Source: Nitrosopumilus sp.
Lineage (GTDB): Archaea > Thermoproteota > Nitrososphaeria > Nitrososphaerales > Nitrosopumilaceae
Assembly: GCA_965206745.1 (NCBI GenBank)
Contig: OZ242220.1
Span: forward strand, 608,001 to 672,000
Direction of reading: 5' to 3'
DNA length: 64,000 bases
In this document: positions 19,601-26,933 of the stretch, one piece after another
Layout of the letters: every line of letters begins with the position of its first letter
Numbering within the stretch: the first letter of the stretch is position 1
Translations under genes and position numbers: made by a program
Notes under the pieces: model-generated
The model's database searches: none
What the model was told of the DNA's origin: nothing
Seen by the model: only the letters and a program-made list of their open reading frames with translations

Positions 19601-22573
19601 ATGAATTCCCTATACCCAAACAACGGCTCGTTTGACAGTCCCGTCCCATTTGAAACACTGCCTGCCGGGACTGATTCCATGACCTACGAGTTCCAGTGGA
19701 CATTTACAGACGGCACCGGACCATCAGGGAACCAGGACGGCACACTAACTGTAACCAACACCAACCGGCCCCCGACAATAGATCCTATCATCGGCATCAA
19801 CACAGAACCCCATGTGGGAGAGACAGTAGAGTATAACCTGAGAGGTACTGATCCTGACGATGATGTCACAATCTGGGGTATCTCCTCACCTGACCTCGGA
19901 GCTACCATTGACCAAGACGGAATGTTCTCATGGACTCCACGTGAAGAGCATGCAAATATGCAAGTACTAACGTTCACCCTGACAGACTCTATAGACCTGC
20001 CTGTCACAGCTCCTGTCACCTTTACAGTCAACCCAAATAATCTGCCGACATTTACCAGTTACACCCAAACAGTATCTGAAGGCCAAACACCTCTTTCTCT
20101 TTCCAGTGCAGTTACAAACCCTGAGGAGAGTTCACCAGACCCCGTATCCATATACGAAATCATACCCGGAGTCCTGCCTGACTCCATCATGAATTCCCTA
20201 TACCCAAACAACGGCTCGTTTGACAGTCCCGTCCCATTTGAAACACTGCCTGCCGGGACTGATTCCATGACCTACGAGTTCCAGTGGACATTTACAGACG
20301 GCACCGGACCATCAGGGAACCAGGACGGCACACTAACTGTAACCAACCAGAATGTCTCTCCAATGATCAATCCCATTCAATCTTTCCCTTCAATCCTTCT
20401 CATAAATGAGCCAGTATCATTTGCCCTGAGAGGCACTGATCCTGACGGTGATGAAATAATGTGGAGCCTCTCACAACCTAGCCACGGAGCTCATATTACC
20501 CCAGAAGGAGACTTTTCATGGACTCCACGTGAAGAGCATTTAGGTATGCAAGAATTCACATTCACCCTGATTGACAGTCATGACGAACCGGCCATGGCTC
20601 TGACTCAAGCATTCAATGTAGTCGAGTTCAATCTGGTTCTGGCATCTGATTCAGAGTTTGAGTTCCCATCCGGCCAATCCACCGAGCATCTGCTGTTGCT
20701 TGCCGATACTGATTTAAACACAATGAATCTGGACTGGGAGATTCGCAGTGTTTTCCAGTCTGGCAGTATGGTTGATAATCCTGGAATAACACTCGAATCC
20801 GGCGATGTAACTGGTCTAAACGGGGAGGTATTGTACACAACTAACGGCTTTCTGACTTGGAATCCTTTACATGACCTAATCGGCGAATCATACCAGGTGC
20901 AAGTACGGGCAGCAGATGGAACATCTGACACTACACAGGTTGGGATTGTTGATGTTGTCGTTGTTGACAATATAGATCCCGTAATCACATTTGCCAATCT
21001 GCTAACTACTAGTGACTCTGCTGGAACCACAGCTGACTTTGTTGAAGCAAGTGACAACAACCCAAATGATGACTTTGTTGATGAGCCCACCGCCGATGAT
21101 CCAAACCCGGAACCTCGCCTTACATGTGTCAGAGACGATGACACTCCCATAGCAAACGGTGACTTGCTGGCAATTGACTCTCACACCATTACCTGTACTG
21201 CCATTGATCTGTCTGGAAATCAGGCCGAGCTTACCCAAACCGTCATAGTCGACTATGACGCAGACGCACTGTCTGCCATTGGCTCATATGCAGAAACTGT
21301 ACCAGAGGGATCATTCATTCCTCCCCTCTCAAGCGTGGTTACAGTCCCGTCCCGAGATCTGCCGGCCTCTGTATCCATATACCGAATCGAATCCGACGAG
21401 TTACCTGAAGATATCATATCTTCTCTGAATAACCAAACCGGTGCATTTTCAGCACAGTTTTCATGCAGTGCCGTACTTGCCGGGGAGGATCCCGTAACCT
21501 ATCCCTTCACCTTTACATTTGAGGATGACATTACAAAATCAGACCCGCAGGATGGAACAATAACGGTATCCCACAATCCGAGATGCGGCCTTGGCAGTGG
21601 CAGCTCAAATGACTGGAAGAAAAAGCCGACCTTTGGCATGTCATGGGAGGTATCCTCTGATCAGCTAGTCGATGACGGCTTTACCTTCAACGGCTACACC
21701 CTGGACATCACTGACAACTGGCACACTGATTTTACAAGGACATCATCGATAATCGGTGAGATAAACAGTGTGACTATGAAGGCATATGCCGCTGACGGAT
21801 TCAGGTATGTCGTCTTGTCCCTTGGAGTGCCCGAGATTGGCATGGCCCCTGATGCAGAGACTGACATCATACTGATGCTGAATCGAAACTATACCAATCC
21901 GGACGACTATGATATCGTGGAGATAATTCACGAGCAAAAAGAGTCCCTGATCGACGAGAGCAGGACTACTGCCACAGTCAAAAGGGTGCTGTGCAATGCA
22001 GACTCTGAAACCCCGTGCCACTCCTTTGAGATATCCTTCAAGGTTGATGCGCCACTAAAGTCCGACGTGCTGGCAATATCTGCAGTCGATTCGAAGCGAC
22101 GCAGCACCGTAACGTTCATCAACGAGGGCGTAGAGTTTACAGGAGATGCAATACTTGCGCCAAACACGCACTATATGATACAGAAAAAGACAAACCAGGG
22201 ACCTGCAGAGATAATCACACTGACCCAGCAGGACAGGAGATACAACATCTGGGAGGATGACTCTGGATACCTGTGGTTCCAAAATGATCACGGCAGCTGG
22301 TTCTCAATTACCGCACCAGAGACTGAGCGATTCACAGACGGTGCTGTCCATGTGATGACCAGACTGCACTCAAACTTTGGAAACCTGATGCAGCACGAGC
22401 GGGAGAAGGCCGCCCTGGTATTTGATGCAAGCAAGCTGATCTCGGTGCCTGACCAGTCCTTTAGCCATGACTATTCCGATGTCCAGTATGGCGTTACAAA
22501 GTTTGAAAAACTGGCAGATGAACTGCACATAGAGCAGGGCAAGGCGCAGAGAATAATGGAACTGTTAAGATAG
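10679..22573 (+). CDS. Giant secreted/surface protein with tandem Ig/cadherin-like domains
   Basis: Signal peptide MNGTWGII...IPAFA-Q; recurring NRPPTI, GTDPDDD, FSWTP and FTLTDS motifs; HYR-like HTITCTAIDLSGN; distinct C-terminal domain after a GLGSGSS linker (track start 10649). Confidence 0.9.
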   Translation: MNGTWGIISVICLGLSFGVIPAFAQTDNPIIFPTAFSESDRTGHTPDIFVFQFSRADPSNGAWQIRSDTDGCRILPRDIHPQSGVFTWQIPLLSEPTTCEVTVSRTGNDPTSRQFELHIYRTIVLPRVDITEGQVPPSLSTIIPNSNEGVPDSVSKYEITRPSGIHIQRNEQVDLFAEMLASLDEETGDFSRSLACDAIRDGHEFADFDFLLRFEDSTDVTFGLGLMRISNAENCNQRPTFSPEYDADIFVGDTIPSLADTVNNPDHPSDPISRYRITDRGSEPSLPDYIVESLDPNTGEFSAPFLCASIGSDVQREFSFDWTFADGTGEYAQPGMIRVTNGDACTFDRAYAVELLEGQIPPPLSDSIPNFEDPQDPATEYSIDQGNLSNPLPDYIVESLNPTTGEFTAPFACDTLPNSDGGSTSRVPFDWTFENSDVDSGTQLGSMTVLEDLNCNDIPTFTQYSSTVSEGVVPLSLSSAVINPDLVQGDPVSVYRIKSGDLPQSFIDSLNANSEFADHGTFDSFSFDTVSTQQGSRVFEFVWTFEDGTGESGNQNGILTVNNMNRAPTIDDPISNFPSFLRTNELVSFPLMGIDPDDDTLIWDISSPDLGASIDQDGIFSWTPLEQHVGMNEFTFTLTDSVLTAVPRSHTFDVRIPPTIVEYRETVSENGPIPSLSSVVTNPDANLADAPSIYRIKSGNLPESIMNSLENNGRFDTTFPFNTTNNAQSSRVFEFVWTFEGNTGESGNQNGKITVTNFNRPPTIQPPSNNFRVHDVDQHITFNLTGHDPDTDTGTGDPPPIWDVSDNSIIDTGAIIHQNGTFSWISDSRFDGEDPFRFTFTLTDVGNKQAETFVTVRITTDPIIAPDGSSTETEGNLVSTQFGEDGPGPRTCTTDSILPESLTLTVTNRSTKCILTGTLSLDAITNGLTSQEFPIVYITNTTGIFASGTHTLTVKELPLFDSYEETVAEGDTLPSLYSTVIDPDLIPETISGYTVRDGNLPPYITDLLNPVTGEFDGTIPFDAVTSAQGFVTFDFDWIFTDGIGSSGMQSGTITVTNTNRPPTINTGQDDVGTTRDEHELVMFTLDGSDDDTATGDDPPIWRVSSADTAANDNATIMDNRDFRWTPDDSHGSSTITFTFTLDDSVAEPVTRNIKFDVREVNIRPTLSEPYFVNVTEGGEISRSLSDVIVDPDEIPSTIMMYGLASDQTLPLGIMLNSDGSFSGTVSRDATTATDSPQIYEFDYTYDDGTIPPFSSTGMINVTNANQLPIIDPITGINTEPHVGETVEYNLRGTDPDDDVTIWGISSPDLGATIDQDGMFSWTPREEHANMQVLTFTLTDSIDLPVTAPVTFTVNPNNLPTFTSYTQTVSEGQTPLSLSSAVTNPEESSPDPVSIYEIIPGVLPDSIMNSLYPNNGSFDSPVPFETLPAGTDSMTYEFQWTFTDGTGPSGNQDGTLTVTNTNRPPTIDPIIGINTEPHVGETVEYNLRGTDPDDDVTIWGISSPDLGATIDQDGMFSWTPREEHANMQVLTFTLTDSIDLPVTAPVTFTVNPNNLPTFTSYTQTVSEGQTPLSLSSAVTNPEESSPDPVSIYEIIPGVLPDSIMGSLYPNNGSFDSPVPFETLPAGTDSMTYEFQWTFTDGTGPSGNQDGTLTVTNTNRPPTIDPIIGINTEPHVGETVLFDLEGTDPDDDVTIWGISSPDLGATIDQDGMFSWTPREEHANMQVLTFTLTDSIDLPVTAPVTFTVNPNNLPTFTSYTQTVSEGQTPLSLSSAVTNPEESSPDPVSIYEIIPGVLPDSIMGSLYPNNGSFDSPVPFETLPAGTDSMTYEFQWTFTDGTGPSGNQDGTLTVTNTNRPPTIDPIIGINTEPHVGETVLFDLEGTDPDDDVTIWGISSPDLGATIDQDGMFSWTPREEHANMQVLTFTLTDSIDLPVTAPVTFTVNPNNLPTFTSYTQTVSEGQTPLSLSSAVTNPEESSPDPVSIYEIIPGVLPDSIMGSLYPNNGSFDSPVPFETLPAGTDSMTYEFQWTFTDGTGPSGNQDGTLTVTNTNRPPTIDPIIGINTEPHVGETVLFDLEGTDPDDDVTIWGISSPDLGATIDQDGMFSWTPREEHANMQVLTFTLTDSIDLPVTAPVTFTVNPNNLPTFTSYTQTVSEGQTPLSLSSAVTNPEESSPDPVSIYEIIPGVLPDSIMGSLYPNNGSFDSPVPFETLPAGTDSMTYEFQWTFTDGTGPSGNQDGTLTVTNTNRPPTIDPIIGINTEPHVGETVLFDLEGTDPDDDVTIWGISSPDLGATIDQDGMFSWTPREEHANMQVLTFTLTDSIDLPVTAPVTFTVNPNNLPTFTSYTQTVSEGQTPLSLSSAVTNPEESSPDPVSIYEIIPGVLPDSIMGSLYPNNGSFDSPVPFETLPAGTDSMTYEFQWTFTDGTGPSGNQDGTLTVTNTNRPPTIDPIIGINTEPHVGETVLFDLEGTDPDDDVTIWGISSPDLGATIDQDGMFSWTPREEHANMQVLTFTLTDSIGPPVTAPVTFTVNPNNLPTFTSYTQTVSEGQTPLSLSSAVTNPEESSPDPVSIYEIIPGVLPDSIMNSLYPNNGSFDSPVPFETLPAGTDSMTYEFQWTFTDGTGPSGNQDGTLTVTNTNRPPTIDPIIGINTEPHVGETVLFDLEGTDPDDDVTIWGISSPDLGATIDQDGMFSWTPREEHANMQVLTFTLTDSIDLPVTAPVTFTVNPNNLPTFTSYTQTVSEGQTPLSLSSAVTNPEESSPDPVSIYEIIPGVLPDSIMGSLYPNNGSFDSPVPFETLPAGTDSMTYEFQWTFTDGTGPSGNQDGTLTVTNTNRPPTIDPIIGINTEPHVGETVLFDLEGTDPDDDVTIWGISSPDLGATIDQDGMFSWTPREEHANMQVLTFTLTDSIDLPVTAPVTFTVNPNNLPTFTSYTQTVSEGQTPLSLSSAVTNPEESSPDPVSIYEIIPGVLPDSIMNSLYPNNGSFDSPVPFETLPAGTDSMTYEFQWTFTDGTGPSGNQDGTLTVTNTNRPPTIDPIIGINTEPHVGETVEYNLRGTDPDDDVTIWGISSPDLGATIDQDGMFSWTPREEHANMQVLTFTLTDSIDLPVTAPVTFTVNPNNLPTFTSYTQTVSEGQTPLSLSSAVTNPEESSPDPVSIYEIIPGVLPDSIMNSLYPNNGSFDSPVPFETLPAGTDSMTYEFQWTFTDGTGPSGNQDGTLTVTNQNVSPMINPIQSFPSILLINEPVSFALRGTDPDGDEIMWSLSQPSHGAHITPEGDFSWTPREEHLGMQEFTFTLIDSHDEPAMALTQAFNVVEFNLVLASDSEFEFPSGQSTEHLLLLADTDLNTMNLDWEIRSVFQSGSMVDNPGITLESGDVTGLNGEVLYTTNGFLTWNPLHDLIGESYQVQVRAADGTSDTTQVGIVDVVVVDNIDPVITFANLLTTSDSAGTTADFVEASDNNPNDDFVDEPTADDPNPEPRLTCVRDDDTPIANGDLLAIDSHTITCTAIDLSGNQAELTQTVIVDYDADALSAIGSYAETVPEGSFIPPLSSVVTVPSRDLPASVSIYRIESDELPEDIISSLNNQTGAFSAQFSCSAVLAGEDPVTYPFTFTFEDDITKSDPQDGTITVSHNPRCGLGSGSSNDWKKKPTFGMSWEVSSDQLVDDGFTFNGYTLDITDNWHTDFTRTSSIIGEINSVTMKAYAADGFRYVVLSLGVPEIGMAPDAETDIILMLNRNYTNPDDYDIVEIIHEQKESLIDESRTTATVKRVLCNADSETPCHSFEISFKVDAPLKSDVLAISAVDSKRRSTVTFINEGVEFTGDAILAPNTHYMIQKKTNQGPAEIITLTQQDRRYNIWEDDSGYLWFQNDHGSWFSITAPETERFTDGAVHVMTRLHSNFGNLMQHEREKAALVFDASKLISVPDQSFSHDYSDVQYGVTKFEKLADELHIEQGKAQRIMELLR
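14470..20349 (+). repeat. Ten tandem near-identical 588-bp (196-aa) repeats within the giant gene
   Basis: Exact 588-bp periodicity (shadow ORFs at 14767, 15355 ... 20059). Confidence 0.97.
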
Positions 22574-22835
22574 TTTTAATTCTGCCGGCTCGGGGTTTTG
22601 TAATGTTTGGGACTGGGTAATTTCAGCGCCAAAGGGTAATCTTGATTTTATGCAAAGGCAGCCTTGCCAAAGTCATCTGGCAAAACCATGAAACTGACAC
22701 ATTCTGTGGACTACAGTCTAGTGCACAGTAGTATGTCTCCATGACATGCCTTGATTCAAGAACCAAGCCGTCCCTTGATTGCAGAGGATGCATTCGCTGG
22801 ATAAACCATCTGTCATAAATTTAGAATAAAAAAAA

Positions 22836-23231
22836 TTAACATAAAGACATTAGTTCGTCTTTAAGATTTTGGTCGTAAGAGTTAGCCTCACCAGCATCGT
22901 CTGTGCATGTGTACACGATGTATGATTCCTTGCTCTCTTTGTTGTAATCAATCTTCAGTGTAGCATCGTCTGCCATCAACCAGTACTCATAGTCTAGTCC
23001 CAGATTGTGTAACTCTTCGGTATATTCCGGATGCTTTTGGATGAACATCTGGCTCTCCTCATAGTCTAGGAACATGGTCTTTGTTTGATCCGCATTTGCG
23101 TCTTCCATATTCAACTCTGTGATGTCATCAGCCATGGAGACAAACGGAGTAATTATTAGCGCTCCGACCCCTCCTATTGTGACTGCGATGATAACTACTA
23201 CTGCAATTATGACCTTGTAGATCGTCTTCAT
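22836..23231 (-). CDS. Hypothetical N-terminally membrane-anchored acidic protein
   Basis: MKTIYKVIIAVVVIIAVTIGG transmembrane segment; RBS-like GAGG before the ATG at 23231. Confidence 0.7.
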   Translation of the reverse strand: MKTIYKVIIAVVVIIAVTIGGVGALIITPFVSMADDITELNMEDANADQTKTMFLDYEESQMFIQKHPEYTEELHNLGLDYEYWLMADDATLKIDYNKESKESYIVYTCTDDAGEANSYDQNLKDELMSLC

Positions 23232-23357
23232 TATCCCTCGTCTAAGTGGCTTCAATATTAGTGTGTAAGATGTGGTATTTTTGATGCATTTGTAAAGCAT
23301 GTCGTTTTTTTGAGATTTGAAAAAATGTTTTTATAATGATTAAAAATCAACACACTC

Positions 23358-23558
23358 ATGGAACGCTCAGCTTGGTGGTTTTTGCTGCCATTGGTTTTAG
23401 GTGTGCTGGGCTCTGTAATTGCATACTCTCAGATACGCAAAGATGATCCGGATATGGTAAAATGGATATGGGTAACAGGCGCTGTCATGACTATCGCGCT
23501 GGCATTAACTAGTATATCCCCCGAACTTGTAGTGCCAGAACCATTTATGGATTTGTAG
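23358..23558 (+). CDS. Small two-TM membrane protein
   Basis: RSAWWFLLPLVLGVLGSVIAY...RKDDP; TTTTATAA box upstream. Confidence 0.65.
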   Translation: MERSAWWFLLPLVLGVLGSVIAYSQIRKDDPDMVKWIWVTGAVMTIALALTSISPELVVPEPFMDL

Positions 23559-23863
23559 GGGAAGACTCACACGGTACAACTCATGTTTGCCCAAAAGATA
23601 TCTTGGAATACCAGAGTTATGTGAGGAATCACAATCTTTTTTTAGAATTTTAATCTGACCTTGAGCAGGACCCAAAAGTCTAGTGTTCCCATTTACCGAA
23701 ACTCACTTTGTGGATTCAAGCATTGCCTGGACATGTCTGATATGGTTGGGAATCTAGACTGTGAAATTATACTGTGTACTTGGAGATTCTTCCATTTGAT
23801 GCATTCTATGAATTTTGGGAAAATGTTTCCATACTAATATACCTGAGATCCTCAAACCATCTA

Positions 23864-24559
23864 ATGGCCATACATTACAAGCATGTGATGCTCTGCTCTG
23901 TTATTTTGCTCTCTGTCATGCCGTTGATTGTGCCTGCCGCATTTGGTCATGGTGGTAATCCCGGTGTCGATAGGGCGCCACCGATTAACTTTGAAGACAA
24001 AAATGTAACTGTCAAGGCAAAAATGAATCCGTCAGATATGACCGTTGGGGATTTTACCAATACGTTTTTGGAGTTGCAGTTTGTTGATGTTATCACCGAA
24101 GTCCATCCGACACGGATCTCAGGAATGAACTGTACGGATATTGAGATGGACGGGATGTTTGAGTGCAGCAGGGATGTGCCGTTTTCCCAAGTGACATACC
24201 TGGTTGGCATTAGCAAACGGGGTGACCTTTTGGCAAGGGAGTCGTTTTATGCCGAAGATGGCATCCTGACTGTTGACATTAGGCCAAAAAATACCTGTGA
24301 TGAGGAACCGGTATACAAATGCAGCAATACCTACGGCGTAAAGCATCCCATTGCTGGAGGCTTGCATGCATTTGGGCAGAACAATCCTGTAATTGACGGC
24401 CCGATATTTACAAAGGGCGGCCTGTATCATATTGAGGTGGAGATTATTGGTGCCGGCAGTGTCAGGTCCAACCTGCTAGACCCCCTGGAGTTTGATTTGT
24501 ACGTCTCCATTGCAGAAGAGTTTACATTTTACGTTGATTACCCTGCAGGCAATACGTGA
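23864..24559 (+). CDS. Secreted thaumarchaeal hypothetical protein
   Basis: Signal peptide ending PAAFG-HG; APPINF and GPIFTKGGLYHIEVEI motifs typical of thaumarchaeal exported proteins (track start 23774). Confidence 0.7.
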   Translation: MAIHYKHVMLCSVILLSVMPLIVPAAFGHGGNPGVDRAPPINFEDKNVTVKAKMNPSDMTVGDFTNTFLELQFVDVITEVHPTRISGMNCTDIEMDGMFECSRDVPFSQVTYLVGISKRGDLLARESFYAEDGILTVDIRPKNTCDEEPVYKCSNTYGVKHPIAGGLHAFGQNNPVIDGPIFTKGGLYHIEVEIIGAGSVRSNLLDPLEFDLYVSIAEEFTFYVDYPAGNT

Positions 24560-24784
24560 GTGCTAGTTTTGTTGTGCAGGCCTCAATCTTTTTTATTAGA
24601 ATATGATCCGTCAACTTTATGACCTGCGTTCTGACATGGACTGTCTACTGGAAGAACATCATAGATGAGGTTATTGGGATAATTTGGTAAGTGGTTTTAT
24701 ACATATTTTTAGTGAAAATTTTTTAATGTTCTGATTTACATCGATCTACATATAAATTATTATTATTTTTCAGAAACACTTAGC

Positions 24785-26050
24785 ATGAACAAAATAACCC
24801 ACATGACAATAAATGGATTTAAAAGCATAGTAGATAATGATATTGATTTACGTTCTCTAAATGTTTTGATTGGCCCAAATGGCTCTGGAAAAACAAATTT
24901 TCTTGAATTTTTTAAATACTTGAAAGAAACATTGGGTACTTCATCAATTCCTTCATATCCTTTTGCATCTTGGGGAGGATATCGGAATATAGCACATAAT
25001 TTTAACACAGAGAAAGCCATGGAAATAAAAATTCAAGGGGTTGTTGATGACACTAATTACACGTACATGTCTAAAGCAATAATTACTAATGAGATTCCCC
25101 ATTATATTTATGAAAAATTAGAAATAAATGATGTTTGTAATATAACACGTCAGCATAGTGAATTTACAATTGTTTATCCTCAAAAATTAATCTCTAAACT
25201 ACGACAAAATTTTAAAAAAATGAGACCTGAAATGGATAAAAAAATAATGAAATTATTACAAAACTCAGGATCTCAAGAAACATCTATTGATACAAATAAT
25301 TCAATTTTAAATTATATGCATACTTCTTCTTATGCGAGTTCTAATAATCTAACACATGGGCTTATCAACAATAAAATTGCATTTGTATCTGAAATTGTTC
25401 ATAATCCTAATTCCATATCTGATCCAAAATTCATAAAATGTCTTGATTCATTGCGATTTAATGGTGTGATTTTATTACGTTCTATTTGCAATGTTCGTGA
25501 AACATCTTATCCTGGTTTAATTGGACTTGATGAGGACGGACGTGGTCTAGTAAATGTATTGTATTCGTATCGTAGAGAACATGGAACTTTACCATCAAGT
25601 ATAATTAGTGCTATGAGAGAACTCTTTCCAAAATGGCAAATAGATTTCCAATTATCAAATAATGGTATAATTACGTTGATTGGAAGATATGATAATTTGG
25701 AATTTCTGCCAAATTCACTACCTGATGGACTTTTCAAACTCTTGTTAATTTTGACTGCATTAGAGATGCGACCACAAATATTACTAATTGATGAAATTGA
25801 AAACTCTTTGCATATTAACATTATAAAATATATCCTAGATGAATGTGAAAGAAATGAAAATACGACTGTATTTTGTACCAGTCATTCTCCACAAATTATG
25901 GATCTTGTACGTTTAGAAAATATAATTCTTGTAAAACATAAAAATCAACATAGTATTTATTCGCATGTTAAATCATTGGATAGTCTAAAAAAACAATTAA
26001 TAGATACAGATATGACTTTTAGTGACATATATTTTGATGGTAATTTATGA
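24785..26050 (+). CDS. ABC-type ATPase (AAA_21/AAA_15, OLD/AriA/RloA-like)
   Basis: Walker A GPNGSGKT, signature-like LPDGLFK, Walker B LLIDEIENSLH, H-loop TSHSP; very AT-rich. Confidence 0.88.
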   Translation: MNKITHMTINGFKSIVDNDIDLRSLNVLIGPNGSGKTNFLEFFKYLKETLGTSSIPSYPFASWGGYRNIAHNFNTEKAMEIKIQGVVDDTNYTYMSKAIITNEIPHYIYEKLEINDVCNITRQHSEFTIVYPQKLISKLRQNFKKMRPEMDKKIMKLLQNSGSQETSIDTNNSILNYMHTSSYASSNNLTHGLINNKIAFVSEIVHNPNSISDPKFIKCLDSLRFNGVILLRSICNVRETSYPGLIGLDEDGRGLVNVLYSYRREHGTLPSSIISAMRELFPKWQIDFQLSNNGIITLIGRYDNLEFLPNSLPDGLFKLLLILTALEMRPQILLIDEIENSLHINIIKYILDECERNENTTVFCTSHSPQIMDLVRLENIILVKHKNQHSIYSHVKSLDSLKKQLIDTDMTFSDIYFDGNL

Positions 26051-26523
26051 TATATTCGTGTATTGTTGAGGATTCCTATGGAAAATCCTTTTGGCAAAAA
26101 TTTATTCGTAAAAAGAGCAAGATAATAAATTTACCCTGTCCTCGTGAGATAAGTTCTTGTAAATATACAGAACCCAAATTCCATAGATACATTCGCAATT
26201 ATATCCAATCTAAAGATTGTTTTGTTCTAATTTTACTGGATGGTGATGGACATTCATTACCTGAGTTTCAGAATTGTATCCTAAATAGCATAAAGAGTGA
26301 ATATCGTAATAAAATAAAATTATTCCTTTTTGACTACGAGATAGAAGAATGGATTTGTCATGATTTGAACATCAAATATAAAAATTCTAAACCCTCACAA
26401 ATTCTAAAACACAAACAAAAATATGAGAAACACAATTTACCTAACTATGCTGAAAAACTAGATTGCAATAAACTAAAAACATGTGTGAGTTTTGATAGAT
26501 TTTTGAGTACGTTAAAAAATTAA
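26047..26523 (+). CDS. Small TOPRIM-like protein (DUF4276/RloB-like), partner of the ATPase
   Basis: ATGA overlap; IVED, ILLDGDG (DxD) and YEIEEWI motifs. Confidence 0.6.
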   Translation: MIYSCIVEDSYGKSFWQKFIRKKSKIINLPCPREISSCKYTEPKFHRYIRNYIQSKDCFVLILLDGDGHSLPEFQNCILNSIKSEYRNKIKLFLFDYEIEEWICHDLNIKYKNSKPSQILKHKQKYEKHNLPNYAEKLDCNKLKTCVSFDRFLSTLKN

Positions 26524-26933
26524 TTGTTTTGTATGAATAATATCATTTTAGATCGAATATTTCATTCCATTCTCTTTTAGATTGTTTTTCTGAATTATAT
26601 TGGAGATGCATTTATCTCAAACACTTCCTTGGTGTTTGTTGCATCAATGTGTGATGAAAAATGCAATATTTCTTTATTATTGTACTCTATGAATTTATAC
26701 ATACCATGATCTATTAGATAAAAAATCTATTTGAGTTCATGAGATTGTCTTGATGCCGACAATGAATCATCCTATTTCAAATGGAAGATTTTTTTGAATC
26801 CGAATAGGATTCATATTTAGTGTTCAACCTTCACCAATTTTACAGTATCCATCTACTTGGAAAATGTTTGATTAAAATTCCAACAACACATCCAAATCCG
26901 CCCCTCCGATGCCAGAACCTGCTGGAACCTGAT

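Larger units (their letters stand above)
10201..26930. mobile_element. Accessory block/genomic island between homocitrate synthase and lysW-lysX-lysK
   Basis: Co-oriented Lys genes on both flanks; unrelated cargo with heterogeneous base composition; no integrase or transposase seen. Confidence 0.55.

Noticed and set aside
14404-20268. Periodic 69-aa and 115-aa minus-strand ORFs
   Set aside because: Antisense shadows of the repetitive giant gene
10239-22620. atgtttgggattgccggtaa (10239) and atgtttgggactgggtaa (22603) as att-like direct repeats around the giant gene
   Set aside because: Short and gapped, with no recombinase nearby; could be chance
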